From the NCBI GenBank assembly GCA_965219505.1, contig OZ244775.1, positions 3,357,569 through 3,421,568 of the forward strand: 64,000 nt of DNA, given 5' to 3'. Made by a program: the position numbers and the translations under genes. The stretch is from Chloroflexota bacterium. Lineage in GTDB: Bacteria; Chloroflexota; UBA11872; VXOZ01. The notes beneath the pieces are model-generated. The model saw only the letters and a program-made list of their open reading frames with translations, did not search any database and had not been told where the DNA came from. Positions 50,995-60,941 of this stretch are shown here, one piece after another (positions within the stretch are counted from its first letter, which is position 1; every line of letters starts with the position of its first letter).

Positions 50995-52416
50995 ATGAGC
51001 GAGAGCGTGGAAGTGTCTGTACGCGGTACAAGCGTGGTGCAAGACCTCGTAGACGCGCCGGTATTGCGCACCCTGGCGGCGCACTTTACCGAGGCCGGGT
51101 ACGAGCTCTACCTGGTCGGAGGCTCGGTCCGGGACGCGCTGTTGCACCGCCCGAGCCACGACCTGGATCTGGCCACGGATGCGCAACCTCCGGAAATCAA
51201 GCGATTGCTCGCGCAAACCAGGCCGGATTCCCGCTACGACGTGGGGGAGAAGTTCGGCACAATAGGCGCCACTTTTGGCGACTGGGTGGTGGAAATCACG
51301 ACCTACCGCAGTGAGCAGTATGCCTTCGCCAACCGCAAGCCCGCCGTAACCTTTGGCACGAGCCTGGAAGATGACCTGTCTCGGCGCGACTTTACGATCA
51401 ACGCTATTGCCCAAGAACCGGCTGCCGGTGGCATGCTCGATCCTTTTCATGGGCTGCAAGACCTGCAGAAGGGCCTAATCCGCGCCGTGGGAGATCCTGC
51501 GGAGCGTTTTCGGGAAGACCCGTTGCGCATGTTGCGGGCGGTGCGGTTTGCGGCTGAGCTCGGTTTTCGGATCGATCAGGCAACCCGCGAGGCGCTGCAG
51601 CAGCAGGCCGGCGCGCTGGAGCACGTGAGCACGGAACGTATCGCCGCCGAGATGACCCGCATGCTCACGGCGGACCAACCAGTGGTTGGACTCGAAATTC
51701 TGTGCGATACCGGACTGGTGTCATTCGTCGTCCCGGAGCTTCTGCCGCTGCGCAGTACCGGCCAGGACGGGCGCCACAAGGACGTGTTCGGCCATACTCT
51801 CAAGGTGGTAGAGAATGTGCCCGCAACGCCGGTGCTGCGCTGGGCGGCGCTGCTGCACGACATCGGCAAGCCGAAAACGAAGTCAGTGCAGGACGGCAAG
51901 GTGCACTTCTTCCGGCACGAGATGGTGGGGGCGCGCATGGCGCGGCGCATTCTGCGGCGGTTGCGCTTCGACCGGGAGAGCAGCGAGCGCATTCAGCGTC
52001 TGGTGGCCGAACACCTGCGTCCAAACCTCTACACACCGGAATGGACCGATGGCGCGGTGCGCCGCTTCTTGCGCGAAACCGACGATATCACAGACGACCT
52101 CTTCGCCCTCTCCCGCGCCGACATCACCAGCTACCGCCGTTCCCGCGTGGAAGCTGGTGTAGCCCGCGTCAACCACCTGGAGGCCCGCTGCCGCGAACTC
52201 CAGGCCCAGGAGGACGTGGCCCAGTTGAAGAGCCCGCTCGACGGCAACGACCTCATGACTATGTTCGAGCGCGGCCCAGGCCCCTGGATCAAGCCCATCA
52301 AAGACCACCTCCTCAACCACGTAATCGACGGCGACCTGGGTCAGGACGATAGAGAAACCGCTGCCAAACTGGCACAGGAGTTCGGAGAGCAGCATCCGGA
52401 GCTGTTTGCAGAGTAA
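50995..52416 (+). CDS. cca: CCA tRNA nucleotidyltransferase with HD domain
   Basis: VGGSVRD, DLDLAT, EITTYR, RRDFTINA, EDPLRMLRA-RF, LLHDIGKP. Confidence 0.9.
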   Translation: MSESVEVSVRGTSVVQDLVDAPVLRTLAAHFTEAGYELYLVGGSVRDALLHRPSHDLDLATDAQPPEIKRLLAQTRPDSRYDVGEKFGTIGATFGDWVVEITTYRSEQYAFANRKPAVTFGTSLEDDLSRRDFTINAIAQEPAAGGMLDPFHGLQDLQKGLIRAVGDPAERFREDPLRMLRAVRFAAELGFRIDQATREALQQQAGALEHVSTERIAAEMTRMLTADQPVVGLEILCDTGLVSFVVPELLPLRSTGQDGRHKDVFGHTLKVVENVPATPVLRWAALLHDIGKPKTKSVQDGKVHFFRHEMVGARMARRILRRLRFDRESSERIQRLVAEHLRPNLYTPEWTDGAVRRFLRETDDITDDLFALSRADITSYRRSRVEAGVARVNHLEARCRELQAQEDVAQLKSPLDGNDLMTMFERGPGPWIKPIKDHLLNHVIDGDLGQDDRETAAKLAQEFGEQHPELFAE

Positions 52417-52507
52417 GGGCCCGCTTGTGCGCAGCACAGCAGTGTAGAAAGCATTCTAACTGGGAAACTCGCGTTCCTACGTTGATCTTGGAAAGCGGAA
52501 TAGATCC

Positions 52508-52819
52508 TTGGATACCGCATATCGGAACGAACAGACACTCTCCGTAGCGGAGATTCGACGGAGAGCCTTGCCGGTGCTGCGCCGGCACAGTATCACGCGC
52601 GCGGGTATATTTGGGTCGATCGCACGCGGGCAGGCTACGCCGGAAAGCGACGTCGATATTCTCATTGAGCTAGACAGGCAGGCGAGCTTGCTCGATTTCA
52701 TTGGGATAAAGCTCGACCTGGAGGATGTGCTGGGGCGGTCCGTTGATCTTGTGGAGTATGCTGCCATAAAGCCGCGCCTGCGCGACCGAATACTCCGCGA
52801 CGAGGTGCCGCTCCTATGA
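52508..52819 (+). CDS. Minimal nucleotidyltransferase (MntA-like antitoxin)
   Basis: FGSIARG...SDVDIL, VDLV. Confidence 0.9.
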   Translation: MDTAYRNEQTLSVAEIRRRALPVLRRHSITRAGIFGSIARGQATPESDVDILIELDRQASLLDFIGIKLDLEDVLGRSVDLVEYAAIKPRLRDRILRDEVPLL

Positions 52820-53187
52820 GTAAAGAACGAAGCGTTGCGCTATACCTGCAAGACATGCTGGAGAGCATTGAGAAAATCGAGAGCTATCGCGTAGGCGTGA
52901 CCGCAGATGAATTCGCCGCGAACTCTTTGTTGCAGGATGCAGTGGTCCGCCGTTTGGAAGTCATCGGTGAGGCCGCCAAACACGTTCCGCAAGCGGTGCG
53001 CGCGGGGTATCCTGATGTTCCTTGGCGCAGGATCTCCAGCTTGCGGGATGTGCTAATTCACGAGTATTTCGGAGTCATCGTGGATCGGGTCTGGCAGGTT
53101 ATCACAATTGATATGCCAGCCGTGAAACCGCGTCTGTTGCAAGTGCAAGCTGACCTCGATAGTGCTGAACGGGAGGATTCTCTGTGA
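52816..53187 (+). CDS. HEPN / DUF86 ribonuclease (HepT-like toxin)
   Basis: LEVIGEA, VPW, RDVLIHEY (Rx4HxY); ATGA overlap. Confidence 0.92.
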   Translation: MSKERSVALYLQDMLESIEKIESYRVGVTADEFAANSLLQDAVVRRLEVIGEAAKHVPQAVRAGYPDVPWRRISSLRDVLIHEYFGVIVDRVWQVITIDMPAVKPRLLQVQADLDSAEREDSL

Positions 53188-53253
53188 GCAATCAAGGTGC
53201 TGGGTCAGTGCCGCAAATGTCTTGGATACTAGGCGGATGGTAGTTTAATCGCC

Positions 53254-54018
53254 ATGGTTGCACCCCGGTCTCGCATTACACCGCCGTTTCTTATCGCCGC
53301 TGTTGTGGCGCTAGTGACGGCATGGGCGGTTGCGGCGCTGCTGGTCGGAGAGCCGATCCTGCCGGTGCCGTGGGTGGTGGCGGTGGCCTTTGGGCGCGAG
53401 TGGACGAATGGCTTGTGGGAAGACCTGCTCGTCAGCGCCTACCGCGTGGTGCTGAGCATCATCATCGCCGTGATTCTGGCCGCCCCGGCGGGCATGGCCG
53501 TGGGGCAAGCGCCCATGATCGACCGCATTGCCAGTCCCCTCATCTATCTCATCTACCCCGTGCCCAAGATCGTGCTGCTACCCATCATCATGCTCTTCCT
53601 GGGCATCGGCGAGGCCTCCAAGATCTTCATTATCAGCCTCATCCTGTACTTTCAGATTCTTGTGCTCACGCGTGACGCTGCCTACGCCGTGCGGCCCGAG
53701 CTCGTGCTCTCGGTGCGTTCGCTGGGGGCGCGCCGCCGCCATTTGCTGCGGTACGTCTACTTCCCGGCAGTGCTACCTTCTGTCCTCAGCGCGCTGCGCA
53801 TCACCAGCGGCACAGCTATAGCGGTGCTCTTCTTCACGGAGACCTTTGCCACGCGCAGCGGCCTGGGCTATTTCATCGTCGTGCAGTCTTGGGGACGGGT
53901 GGACTATCCCGCCATGTACGCGGGCATCGTTGCCATGGCCGTGCTGGGCCTCAGCCTCTATGCTTTTATCGAGTTCCTCGACCGCCGCCTCTGCGCCTGG
54001 GTGCAAGCGGGGGTGTAG
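53254..54018 (+). CDS. ABC transporter permease, SsuC/TauC-like
   Basis: PVPKIVLLP, RSLGA loop, PAVLP, GLGY. Confidence 0.88.
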   Translation: MVAPRSRITPPFLIAAVVALVTAWAVAALLVGEPILPVPWVVAVAFGREWTNGLWEDLLVSAYRVVLSIIIAVILAAPAGMAVGQAPMIDRIASPLIYLIYPVPKIVLLPIIMLFLGIGEASKIFIISLILYFQILVLTRDAAYAVRPELVLSVRSLGARRRHLLRYVYFPAVLPSVLSALRITSGTAIAVLFFTETFATRSGLGYFIVVQSWGRVDYPAMYAGIVAMAVLGLSLYAFIEFLDRRLCAWVQAGV

Positions 54019-54133
54019 TAGCAATTGGCGGGACAGTGCGGAAACCAACTGCGTCGCTGCCGTCATTCCGGCGCAAGCCAGAATCCAGCGCATGCGGCTG
54101 GCGAGGGACGGAGCTGCCACCGTTGGCCGATTG

Positions 54134-54931
54134 TTACTTCCTGACAGTAAAGACCTCAGCCACTAGATAGGGGCGCATCGTTTCGCGCGTTTCTTCACCT
54201 GCGGGCTGCGCGCACACCCACTCCTGCACCTCAGCCAGGACTTGGTCATACGCTTGGTCAGGGACCGCCCAGAATTCCGAATGGAGCTTTAGCCGAAGGT
54301 GTTCCAGCGCGGTCCCGTACGAGATGGTCTTTTCCCAAGTCAGGTCGTGAGTGTCGACTGCAACCCGCGCGGTGCCATTCTTCATGAGATATACGGCGAG
54401 TTGACTGCGGTCCTTTATGCCAACGTAGAGATTGGTGTAGCCCTGCTCTTGACAACGGGCGGAAAACTGCCTTCTCACCGCATGCTTGAAGGCGCCTTTT
54501 TCATTGATATGCATAAACAGTCCGCCGCTCTTTGTCACCCGAATCAACTCGTCTACGGCTGACTGCCAGTTCCCAATGTGTTGGAATAGTTTAGAAACAA
54601 CAATCCCGTCGAAGGTATCATCCGGATCTTCCAGAAACCTAACGTCGCCCACTCGAAACTCCGCAGAATCGCCCGGCGCAAGCTTCTGACGCGCGATTTC
54701 CAGCATCGCTAGCGACACGTCTACGCCAACAACGCTATAGCCTCCCCTAATCAACGGCAAGGACAACTGGGCCGTGCCACAGCCCGCATCGAGAAGACGG
54801 CCCTGCTTAGGAAAGTCTGCCCTCGCGAAGATGCGTTGGAAGCATTGCTGTAGGAGGCTATCAGGCATGTTGCGACTGGCATCGTAGTGCGGTGCAACCC
54901 GAGTGTAGTCAGACGTATTGCGATAGCTCAC
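54134..54931 (-). CDS. Class I SAM-dependent methyltransferase
   Basis: LDAGCGT, GVDVS-ML, FD, RVTKSGG. Confidence 0.88.
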   Translation of the reverse strand: MSYRNTSDYTRVAPHYDASRNMPDSLLQQCFQRIFARADFPKQGRLLDAGCGTAQLSLPLIRGGYSVVGVDVSLAMLEIARQKLAPGDSAEFRVGDVRFLEDPDDTFDGIVVSKLFQHIGNWQSAVDELIRVTKSGGLFMHINEKGAFKHAVRRQFSARCQEQGYTNLYVGIKDRSQLAVYLMKNGTARVAVDTHDLTWEKTISYGTALEHLRLKLHSEFWAVPDQAYDQVLAEVQEWVCAQPAGEETRETMRPYLVAEVFTVRK

Positions 54932-54983
54932 GGAAAGCTTTCCTCAATTCTCAATTACCGTTGTTTATGCTCTCAGAGCAATG

Positions 54984-56195
54984 TCACGGGCTATCGACAA
55001 TCTCGCCGCCGCGGACAGTAAGAACCGGTTCCCACACGCCGCCCTCGCGTTCGTTGCCGGCGGCGTCGCGGTGGGCTTGCGGCGCGTCGTGCCAGCGGAG
55101 AACGGCCAGGTCGGCGCAGGCGCCGGGCGTCAGCGCCCCGATCTCGTTCTCCAAGCCGAGGAGGGCGGCGGGACGCGATGTCACGCGGGGCCAGATGTCG
55201 GCCTCCTGCATGCCGGCGGCACGGAGCTTGGACATCACCAGCGGGAGGTGGTGGCGCGGCGTTGCACCGCTGTGGCGGGCGTAGACGTCGCTGGAGATGG
55301 TATCCGGCAGGAACCCCTCGGCAATAGCGATCGTAGCGATCTCAAAGTTGAACGAATCCATGCCGTGGCCGAGATCGAAGAGGATGCCGCGCTCGCGGGC
55401 GGCCCACACGCAGTCGAGCACGCGCCCATCAGCCACAATGCTTCCCGCTCGCGCATGGTAGCAGTACGTTACCACGTCGCCGGGACGCAGCAGGTTGAAT
55501 TGCTCCGCCAGCGCCCAATCGTCATGGCGGCGCTGGCCGATGAGCAAGGGCTTGCCTGTGCGTTCGGCGGCGGTCAGCGCTCGGGCCATGACCTCGCGGG
55601 GATCGTTCTCCCGGCAGTTAGTAGGGCCAACATTCAGGGCAATGCCCCAGATGAGTTCGGGTTCCTGCATGACGGTCTCCACGCAGGCGTTCACATCGGC
55701 GTCGGCCAGATCGGCAAAGCAGCCTTCTTCGTTGGCTTCGCCGGAGGCCGATAGGTTGAGGGCCATGAGAATGCGGCTGCGGCTGCCGGCAACGGTCTCA
55801 GCCTTGTACCGGTCCCAGTTATGCGCGCCCGCGTCGCCTTGGGAGAGCAGCGTAGTCGAGCCGTACGGCAAAATGTGCGTATCGGGCGCGATACCGTACT
55901 TGGAACCCGAGAGCGCTGGATGCGCGTGTGCGTCCACGAGGCCGGGCAGCAAGATGCCATCGGGTAAGGAGAGCGTCTGGAGCGCCGAGTCGAGCGGCAG
56001 AGCAGCGCCCTCCGCGGCGTCCGGTGACGAAGTCTGCGTCTGCGACGAAGTCTGCGTCTGCGAGAGAAGCGAAACCGCCGCGATGCGGTCGCCGCGCACC
56101 GCCACGGCGCCGGGACCATCCCGTCCCGTGGCGGGACAAAGGACGCGCCCGGCGTGGATTACCAGATCGTACGGAGTGGTGGAAAGTGTGCTCAT
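54984..56195 (-). CDS. Amidohydrolase / dihydroorotase-like metallohydrolase
   Basis: PGLVDAHAH, GDAG, LRPGD, FDLGHG-SF, PDTISSD, ADLAV. Confidence 0.88.
   Translation of the reverse strand: MSTLSTTPYDLVIHAGRVLCPATGRDGPGAVAVRGDRIAAVSLLSQTQTSSQTQTSSPDAAEGAALPLDSALQTLSLPDGILLPGLVDAHAHPALSGSKYGIAPDTHILPYGSTTLLSQGDAGAHNWDRYKAETVAGSRSRILMALNLSASGEANEEGCFADLADADVNACVETVMQEPELIWGIALNVGPTNCRENDPREVMARALTAAERTGKPLLIGQRRHDDWALAEQFNLLRPGDVVTYCYHARAGSIVADGRVLDCVWAARERGILFDLGHGMDSFNFEIATIAIAEGFLPDTISSDVYARHSGATPRHHLPLVMSKLRAAGMQEADIWPRVTSRPAALLGLENEIGALTPGACADLAVLRWHDAPQAHRDAAGNEREGGVWEPVLTVRGGEIVDSP
56026..56061. repeat. In-frame 18-bp tandem duplication
   Basis: (GACGAAGTCTGCGTCTGC)x2 giving SQTQTS-SQTQTS. 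Confidence 0.9.
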
Positions 56196-56436
56196 GTTTC
56201 TCCTTGGGACCAGTGGGTCGGCTATTTGTACCTGTGAAGCCAACTGAGTGATTCCGCCAACCGGCGGGACGAGACTGAAAGTTCAAAATTCGCCCGCACG
56301 CCCCGTTCAAGTACGGGAATTGAGGGTGAATCCCTCTCAATCTACCCCATTTTCACCGAGCTGGCACATTTGCGTATGGGTTCTACAGGCAGAAAAGCCA
56401 GGATAAGCAGGAATCCCCTCACCCCGACCCTCTCCC

Positions 56437-56724
56437 TGTACAGACTGGGGACATAGGTAACAGTTGTTCGGGGACATGGGTTACACATTTTACTGATTGA
56501 CACCTACGGGAGCTTTGGGTTGGGCCGGGATCGAGACGTAACTTGCGACACAACGCGCTCATGTTCAGCTAATCAGCTTGTGCCAGAGAAACAAACCGTG
56601 TGCACAAGGGTATTGAGTGGATCTAGCTTTCAAGGCAAGGACATTGCATACTACGAAAACTCCCAGGTTCTATGGTGTAACCAATGTGCCCGAACATGTG
56701 TAACCCATGTACCCGGTCTATACA
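56437..56724 (+). mobile_element. MITE family B, copy 1 (TGT...ACA, reiterated subterminal sites) inserted in R1
   Basis: ~50-bp imperfect TIR with two GGG-ACATGGGTTACA-like units per end; CTCCC duplicated. Confidence 0.85.
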
Positions 56725-56873
56725 CTCCCAGGGAGAGGGAGTAATTCTCGCACTTTCGGCCTAAGTTAGACAAAGCCTGCCCCGTACCCGGTACGGGGGT
56801 GAGGATGAATCCTCGACAATACAACCCAATCGTGCTCGCCTGGTCGAGTTAGGTAAGGGTCTCCTTAACAACC

Positions 56874-57082
56874 CCCGCACGTCCCGCAAAGCGCATGTGA
56901 CGAAGGGTTACCCACATTCTACATACCGCCCGCCAAAAGAGAAGCCCGCCTAGGAATTCGCGACGGAACATGAGTACACGCTTGCTGGAGGATGAATCTG
57001 GGCCAAGGAATAGGCCCAGTCTCACATTGCCTTCCCTGGGTCTTCCAGCAAGCCAGTCAGCCTCACTCTTGCGGGACGCGGG
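56874..57082. ncRNA. Candidate structured RNA of unknown class
   Basis: Nested helices CGTCCCGCAA/TTGCGGGACG, GCTTGCTGGAGGA/TCTTCCAGCAAGC, CTGGGCC/GGCCCAG. Confidence 0.45.
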
Positions 57083-57243
57083 CTCAGTCCGCGAAATCTG
57101 CGACAGACCAATAGCCTGCGTAATCAACTAGGATGTTTGAGAGAAAAGACAAGGAGGAGAGTGACGATACCGTCACTCTCCTCCTTGCGGAGTGAGAGGG
57201 TAAGAGACAGCAGGTGATATTCTGCTTAGCGTGCGCCGGACGC

Positions 57244-57630
57244 TCAGCGAGCGCCGAACCAGGCGCGCTCGCGCCGGGCCTGGCAGGCGACGCACAACGT
57301 GGCTTCCGGCACAAACTCAAGGCGTTCCGCGGAGATGCCTTCTCCGCAGTCTTCGCAGACACCGTAAGTGCCGGCTTCGGCTTTCTGCCAGGCCTGATCG
57401 AAGGCTCTCAGGTCGCGCCGCAGGACATCCAGCACGGCTTCGCGATCCTCTTGGATGGCGACGTCCTGTGCCAGATCCACGAAGTCGTCGTCGTCAGTCG
57501 AGGCATCGCTTCCACGCGCACGTTCCTGCAAATCGGTCGCGATTGAATTCGCGAGGAGCGCTGCCAAGGCATCTCTTGCCTCTTGCAACCGCTGCACGCG
57601 GTCTACTCGTTGTTCCAGTTCTCTGGCCAT
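57244..57630 (-). CDS. TraR/DksA C4 zinc-finger protein
   Basis: DFVDLA coiled-coil tip, GTYGVCEDCG, ERL-P-ATLCVAC; GGAGG RBS. Confidence 0.9.
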   Translation of the reverse strand: MARELEQRVDRVQRLQEARDALAALLANSIATDLQERARGSDASTDDDDFVDLAQDVAIQEDREAVLDVLRRDLRAFDQAWQKAEAGTYGVCEDCGEGISAERLEFVPEATLCVACQARRERAWFGAR

Positions 57631-57804
57631 GGTTCATACCTCCTTCACCGCACTCTGTCCGCCTCATGGACGGCGCCGGTACCGTGCCACGTTGTGGGCT
57701 TGGTGGGGCTCAATGTAACTCCTTTGTTGCATTCAAGCGTTCCCACCGGATCGCAACGAGTTGTTTCTGCCAGCATACCACCGGATATCGAGACTGTGAA
57801 GCGA

Positions 57805-57854
57805 TTCTAAGGAACTTCTTAGGATATTCGTCAATTATTAAGGATATTCTAAGA
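57805..57854. promoter_or_regulatory. 11-bp-period direct repeats (OmpR/PhoB-type operator)
   Basis: CTAAGG 57807 / CTTAGG 57818; TTAAGG 57838 / CTAAGA 57849. Confidence 0.5.
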
Positions 57855-58132
57855 ATCAAGCTTCTATTCTAATAACTATAGTCTTTATAGTAAAGGACGC
57901 TGGGCAATGATTCAAGAGATTCTCTTAGGTTCCCACTAAAAGGGTTGCAGTCTTAATGAAGAAGGCTTAAGAAAAGCGACGTTCGGCAGTGCGCGAATTT
58001 CGCACACTCTGGTCCTGCATTCCCTGACAGGAACACAAAGCTGCATTAGCAGTGCACTATCAGCAATGCCGTTTGGTGGCGCAGAACGCAACATGGCACA
58101 ATGACGTACACAAGCTAAGGAGATCTCCTTCA

Positions 58133-59191
58133 ATGAAGACGCATAGACTTGCCGTTGCCGGTCTGGGTTCCTTTACGCAACGTGTCCTGCTGCCCGGCCT
58201 CCTTAGTTGTGACCGCGTACACGTGGTTGGCGCCTATACGCGGAGTCTCGAGCGTGCGGCAGAGATGCAGTCGCAGTTCACGGAATTGCCGATCCACACA
58301 GACTACTCGCGGATGTTGGATGTTGCCGAGCCGGATATTGTATTGGTCGGCACCCCAAATGCCGCTCACGTGCCCATGACGATTGAGGCCGCCCAACGGG
58401 GCTGCCACGTCATCTGCGAGAAACCCCTTGCGCCAACGCTGCAGGGGGCCGAGGCGATGGCGGCTACCGCAGACAAGGCCGGTGTTCGCACGGCGGTCAA
58501 CTTTACCTTTCGTTCAATTGGCGCCGCGCGCTTCGCTAAGCACCTACTAGACGAAGGGCGCGTGGGGCGAATTATACATGTCACCCTATTGTATTTGCAA
58601 GACATTCGTCACGGAGCCGACCGTCCCAAAGTATGGCGCATGGATGGTGAGGTAGCCGGAGCCGGCGCGCTCGGCGACGTGGGCAGCCATGCTATCGATC
58701 TGGTGCGGTGGTGGTGCGGCGAGTTTGCTGCTGTTTCGGGTCACGTCTCCACACACAACGTGGAGCGGCATGGCGGTACGGTTACCAACGACGATACCGC
58801 AGTCTTTCTCGCTCGGCTTGAGTCGGGCCTACCGGTGACGTTGCACATCAGTCAGGCGGCGGCCGGACGCTCCAACTCGCTGCGCGTGGAAGTCTATGGC
58901 GAGAAAGGAAGCTTGATCTTCACGGCAGAGCGAGGCACGGAGCCTGCCGTCCAAGTCGCCAGTCCCGGTGAGATTGGCTTTTCGCAAGTGCCGCTGCCGG
59001 AGAATTTCTCGGTAGCGTATGAGGCTTTCCCCGCATATCACGCCGGGCGGCTGGTGGGCACCATTCTCGGCACTGACTTCGTGGCAGACTTTGCCGACGG
59101 CTTGGCGGCACAGCGCGTCATCGATGCGGTGCAACGAGCTGCGGCGAATAGCATTTGGGTACCGCTTCCACGCGTCGAAAAGACAACGTAG
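58133..59191 (+). CDS. Gfo/Idh/MocA family oxidoreductase
   Basis: AGLG, GTPN-H, CEKP, GALGDVGSHAID. Confidence 0.92.
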   Translation: MKTHRLAVAGLGSFTQRVLLPGLLSCDRVHVVGAYTRSLERAAEMQSQFTELPIHTDYSRMLDVAEPDIVLVGTPNAAHVPMTIEAAQRGCHVICEKPLAPTLQGAEAMAATADKAGVRTAVNFTFRSIGAARFAKHLLDEGRVGRIIHVTLLYLQDIRHGADRPKVWRMDGEVAGAGALGDVGSHAIDLVRWWCGEFAAVSGHVSTHNVERHGGTVTNDDTAVFLARLESGLPVTLHISQAAAGRSNSLRVEVYGEKGSLIFTAERGTEPAVQVASPGEIGFSQVPLPENFSVAYEAFPAYHAGRLVGTILGTDFVADFADGLAAQRVIDAVQRAAANSIWVPLPRVEKTT

Positions 59192-59256
59192 GCTGCTGCA
59201 TCGGTGAGGCTTCAGTCTCGGACGGTGGAGTGCCTTTGGGAGATACGCTCGCGGCA

Positions 59257-60381
59257 CTAATTGGGCCCATCGCTCTGCGGCGGCGCATCCTCATCTCCAT
59301 CATGTAATGGCTCATCCTCTGTCTCCAATTGAGCGATGAGCCACGGCACGAGCAGGCGCATTACGAGCACCTGCATCGCTGCCACGAGGGGCACGGCAAT
59401 CACGATGCCAAGTATTCCATACAGCACACCGCCTGCCAGGACACCAACCATTACGAGGATGGGGTGCAAGCCGACAGCGCGTTCCATCACCTTTGGAACA
59501 AGAATGTTGTTCTCCAACTGTTGAATGATTACGTACAGAATTGCCGTGGCTAACGCGATCCAGGGGGATTTGAGGGCGAGGGCCACGAGAATCGCCGGTA
59601 TGGCTCCAAGAAACGGCCCGATAATGGGGATAATTTCCATGAGACTGGCCCACGTCGCCAGGGCAAGCGGATACGGTACGCCCAGCGCAAAGAGGCCGAC
59701 AAACGTCACTGTCCCGATGAAGACCATCAGGATTACTTGGCCGCGCACCCACCCGCCGGCGCGTTGCGAAAGTTCGGCGGCCAGGCTGCGCACCGCCTCC
59801 GCGCGCTTTGGCGGCAAGAGCGCGATCACGGAACGATTCAGCCGTTCCGTGGCGCTCATCCAGAAAAAGCCAATCACGAGCACAGAGACTACGCCGAACA
59901 AGAACCCCAGAACCTGAAACGGCACCGCAGCCAAGGTGCCGATGAGCTGCGTGATTGAAGTGGTGAGAGTCGTGCCAAGTTCCCGTACTTGGTCGTCGAA
60001 TCCCAAGTCTACCGAAATCTGGTAGAGTCTCGGGACTTCATCCCGCGCCCAGTCGGTGAGTTCCAATGTTATGTCGTCAACTTCGCGCACCTGCACGACG
60101 AGCGGAGGGACGAGAATCAAGCCCAGTCCCGTCAGTACCAACGCCAAGAGGAGATAGACGATCATTACGGCGACGCCGCGGGGGATCTTCCAGGTCTGCA
60201 GCTTGTTGGCGATCGGTCGAATCGACTCCGCCAAGAGGATGCCGAGGAACAGCAGCACCAGAACGCTGACGATGCGCGTGGCAATGATGCCGATGAAAAG
60301 CACAAACAAAACCACGCCCGCACCGAGCAGAAAGCTCATAGGCGTGATTCGGATTTCGCGTGATTCGGGAAGATCGTCCAT
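59257..60381 (-). CDS. AI-2E family transporter
   Basis: W-RGQ, IPIIGP, QQLENN-LVPK, GLHP, G-LG-AVP. Confidence 0.9.
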   Translation of the reverse strand: MDDLPESREIRITPMSFLLGAGVVLFVLFIGIIATRIVSVLVLLFLGILLAESIRPIANKLQTWKIPRGVAVMIVYLLLALVLTGLGLILVPPLVVQVREVDDITLELTDWARDEVPRLYQISVDLGFDDQVRELGTTLTTSITQLIGTLAAVPFQVLGFLFGVVSVLVIGFFWMSATERLNRSVIALLPPKRAEAVRSLAAELSQRAGGWVRGQVILMVFIGTVTFVGLFALGVPYPLALATWASLMEIIPIIGPFLGAIPAILVALALKSPWIALATAILYVIIQQLENNILVPKVMERAVGLHPILVMVGVLAGGVLYGILGIVIAVPLVAAMQVLVMRLLVPWLIAQLETEDEPLHDGDEDAPPQSDGPN

Positions 60382-60941
60382 AGCAGTATGGGATTCAGCA
60401 TAGCATGCCGCCAACCTATTGGCAAAGCGGCTCGCCCCTGCCTGTGGGATACTCCGACGAGATCTGCTCGCGTCGGTTGCAGCGCTCGCCCTTGGCGTCT
60501 CGGTGGACCGCGACTTGTCGTGAGTCTGTCGGTCCACGTACTGACTCCAAAATAGTCTGAATTCAGCGGCGCCTTTCTTTCGAGGGTGCCCCCTCGCTGG
60601 CGCCGATCGTTCGGAGAACGGTAAGGTGGCAAGTATAATACATATGTGCTGGTGTTGAAGTATTATATAAAAGCCAACTTTCGTATGTAGTGTTGATATG
60701 AATAGCTCCAACCGTGCGTTAAAGACGGTCAGCGTGAAACGCAGGAGGGCCGGCGCGAACGGTACCCCAAGCGTAGCAGCCCTCTTCCTGCTGGCGCGGA
60801 AGCTCTGCATGGCTAACCAAGCAGTCGCTGTAGACGGCGCCGCAACTCTCGCCGAGGGTACACGGCGAGTGCTTTGCTATTCGCTCTCGATGCGAGACAG
60901 GTCCGGCACACGTGCCGCGCCCTCTACCGGAGGTTGAGACG

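Noticed and set aside
56966-56977. GAAC-ATGA-GTAC SOS-box-like word
   Set aside because: Not in front of an evident gene start; single occurrence inside the candidate RNA.
60382-60810. 143-aa N-terminal extension of the AI-2E ORF (likewise extensions at 18394-18576 and 50830-50994)
   Set aside because: Not protein-like; crosses promoter or repeat DNA; downstream ATG gives normal family length.
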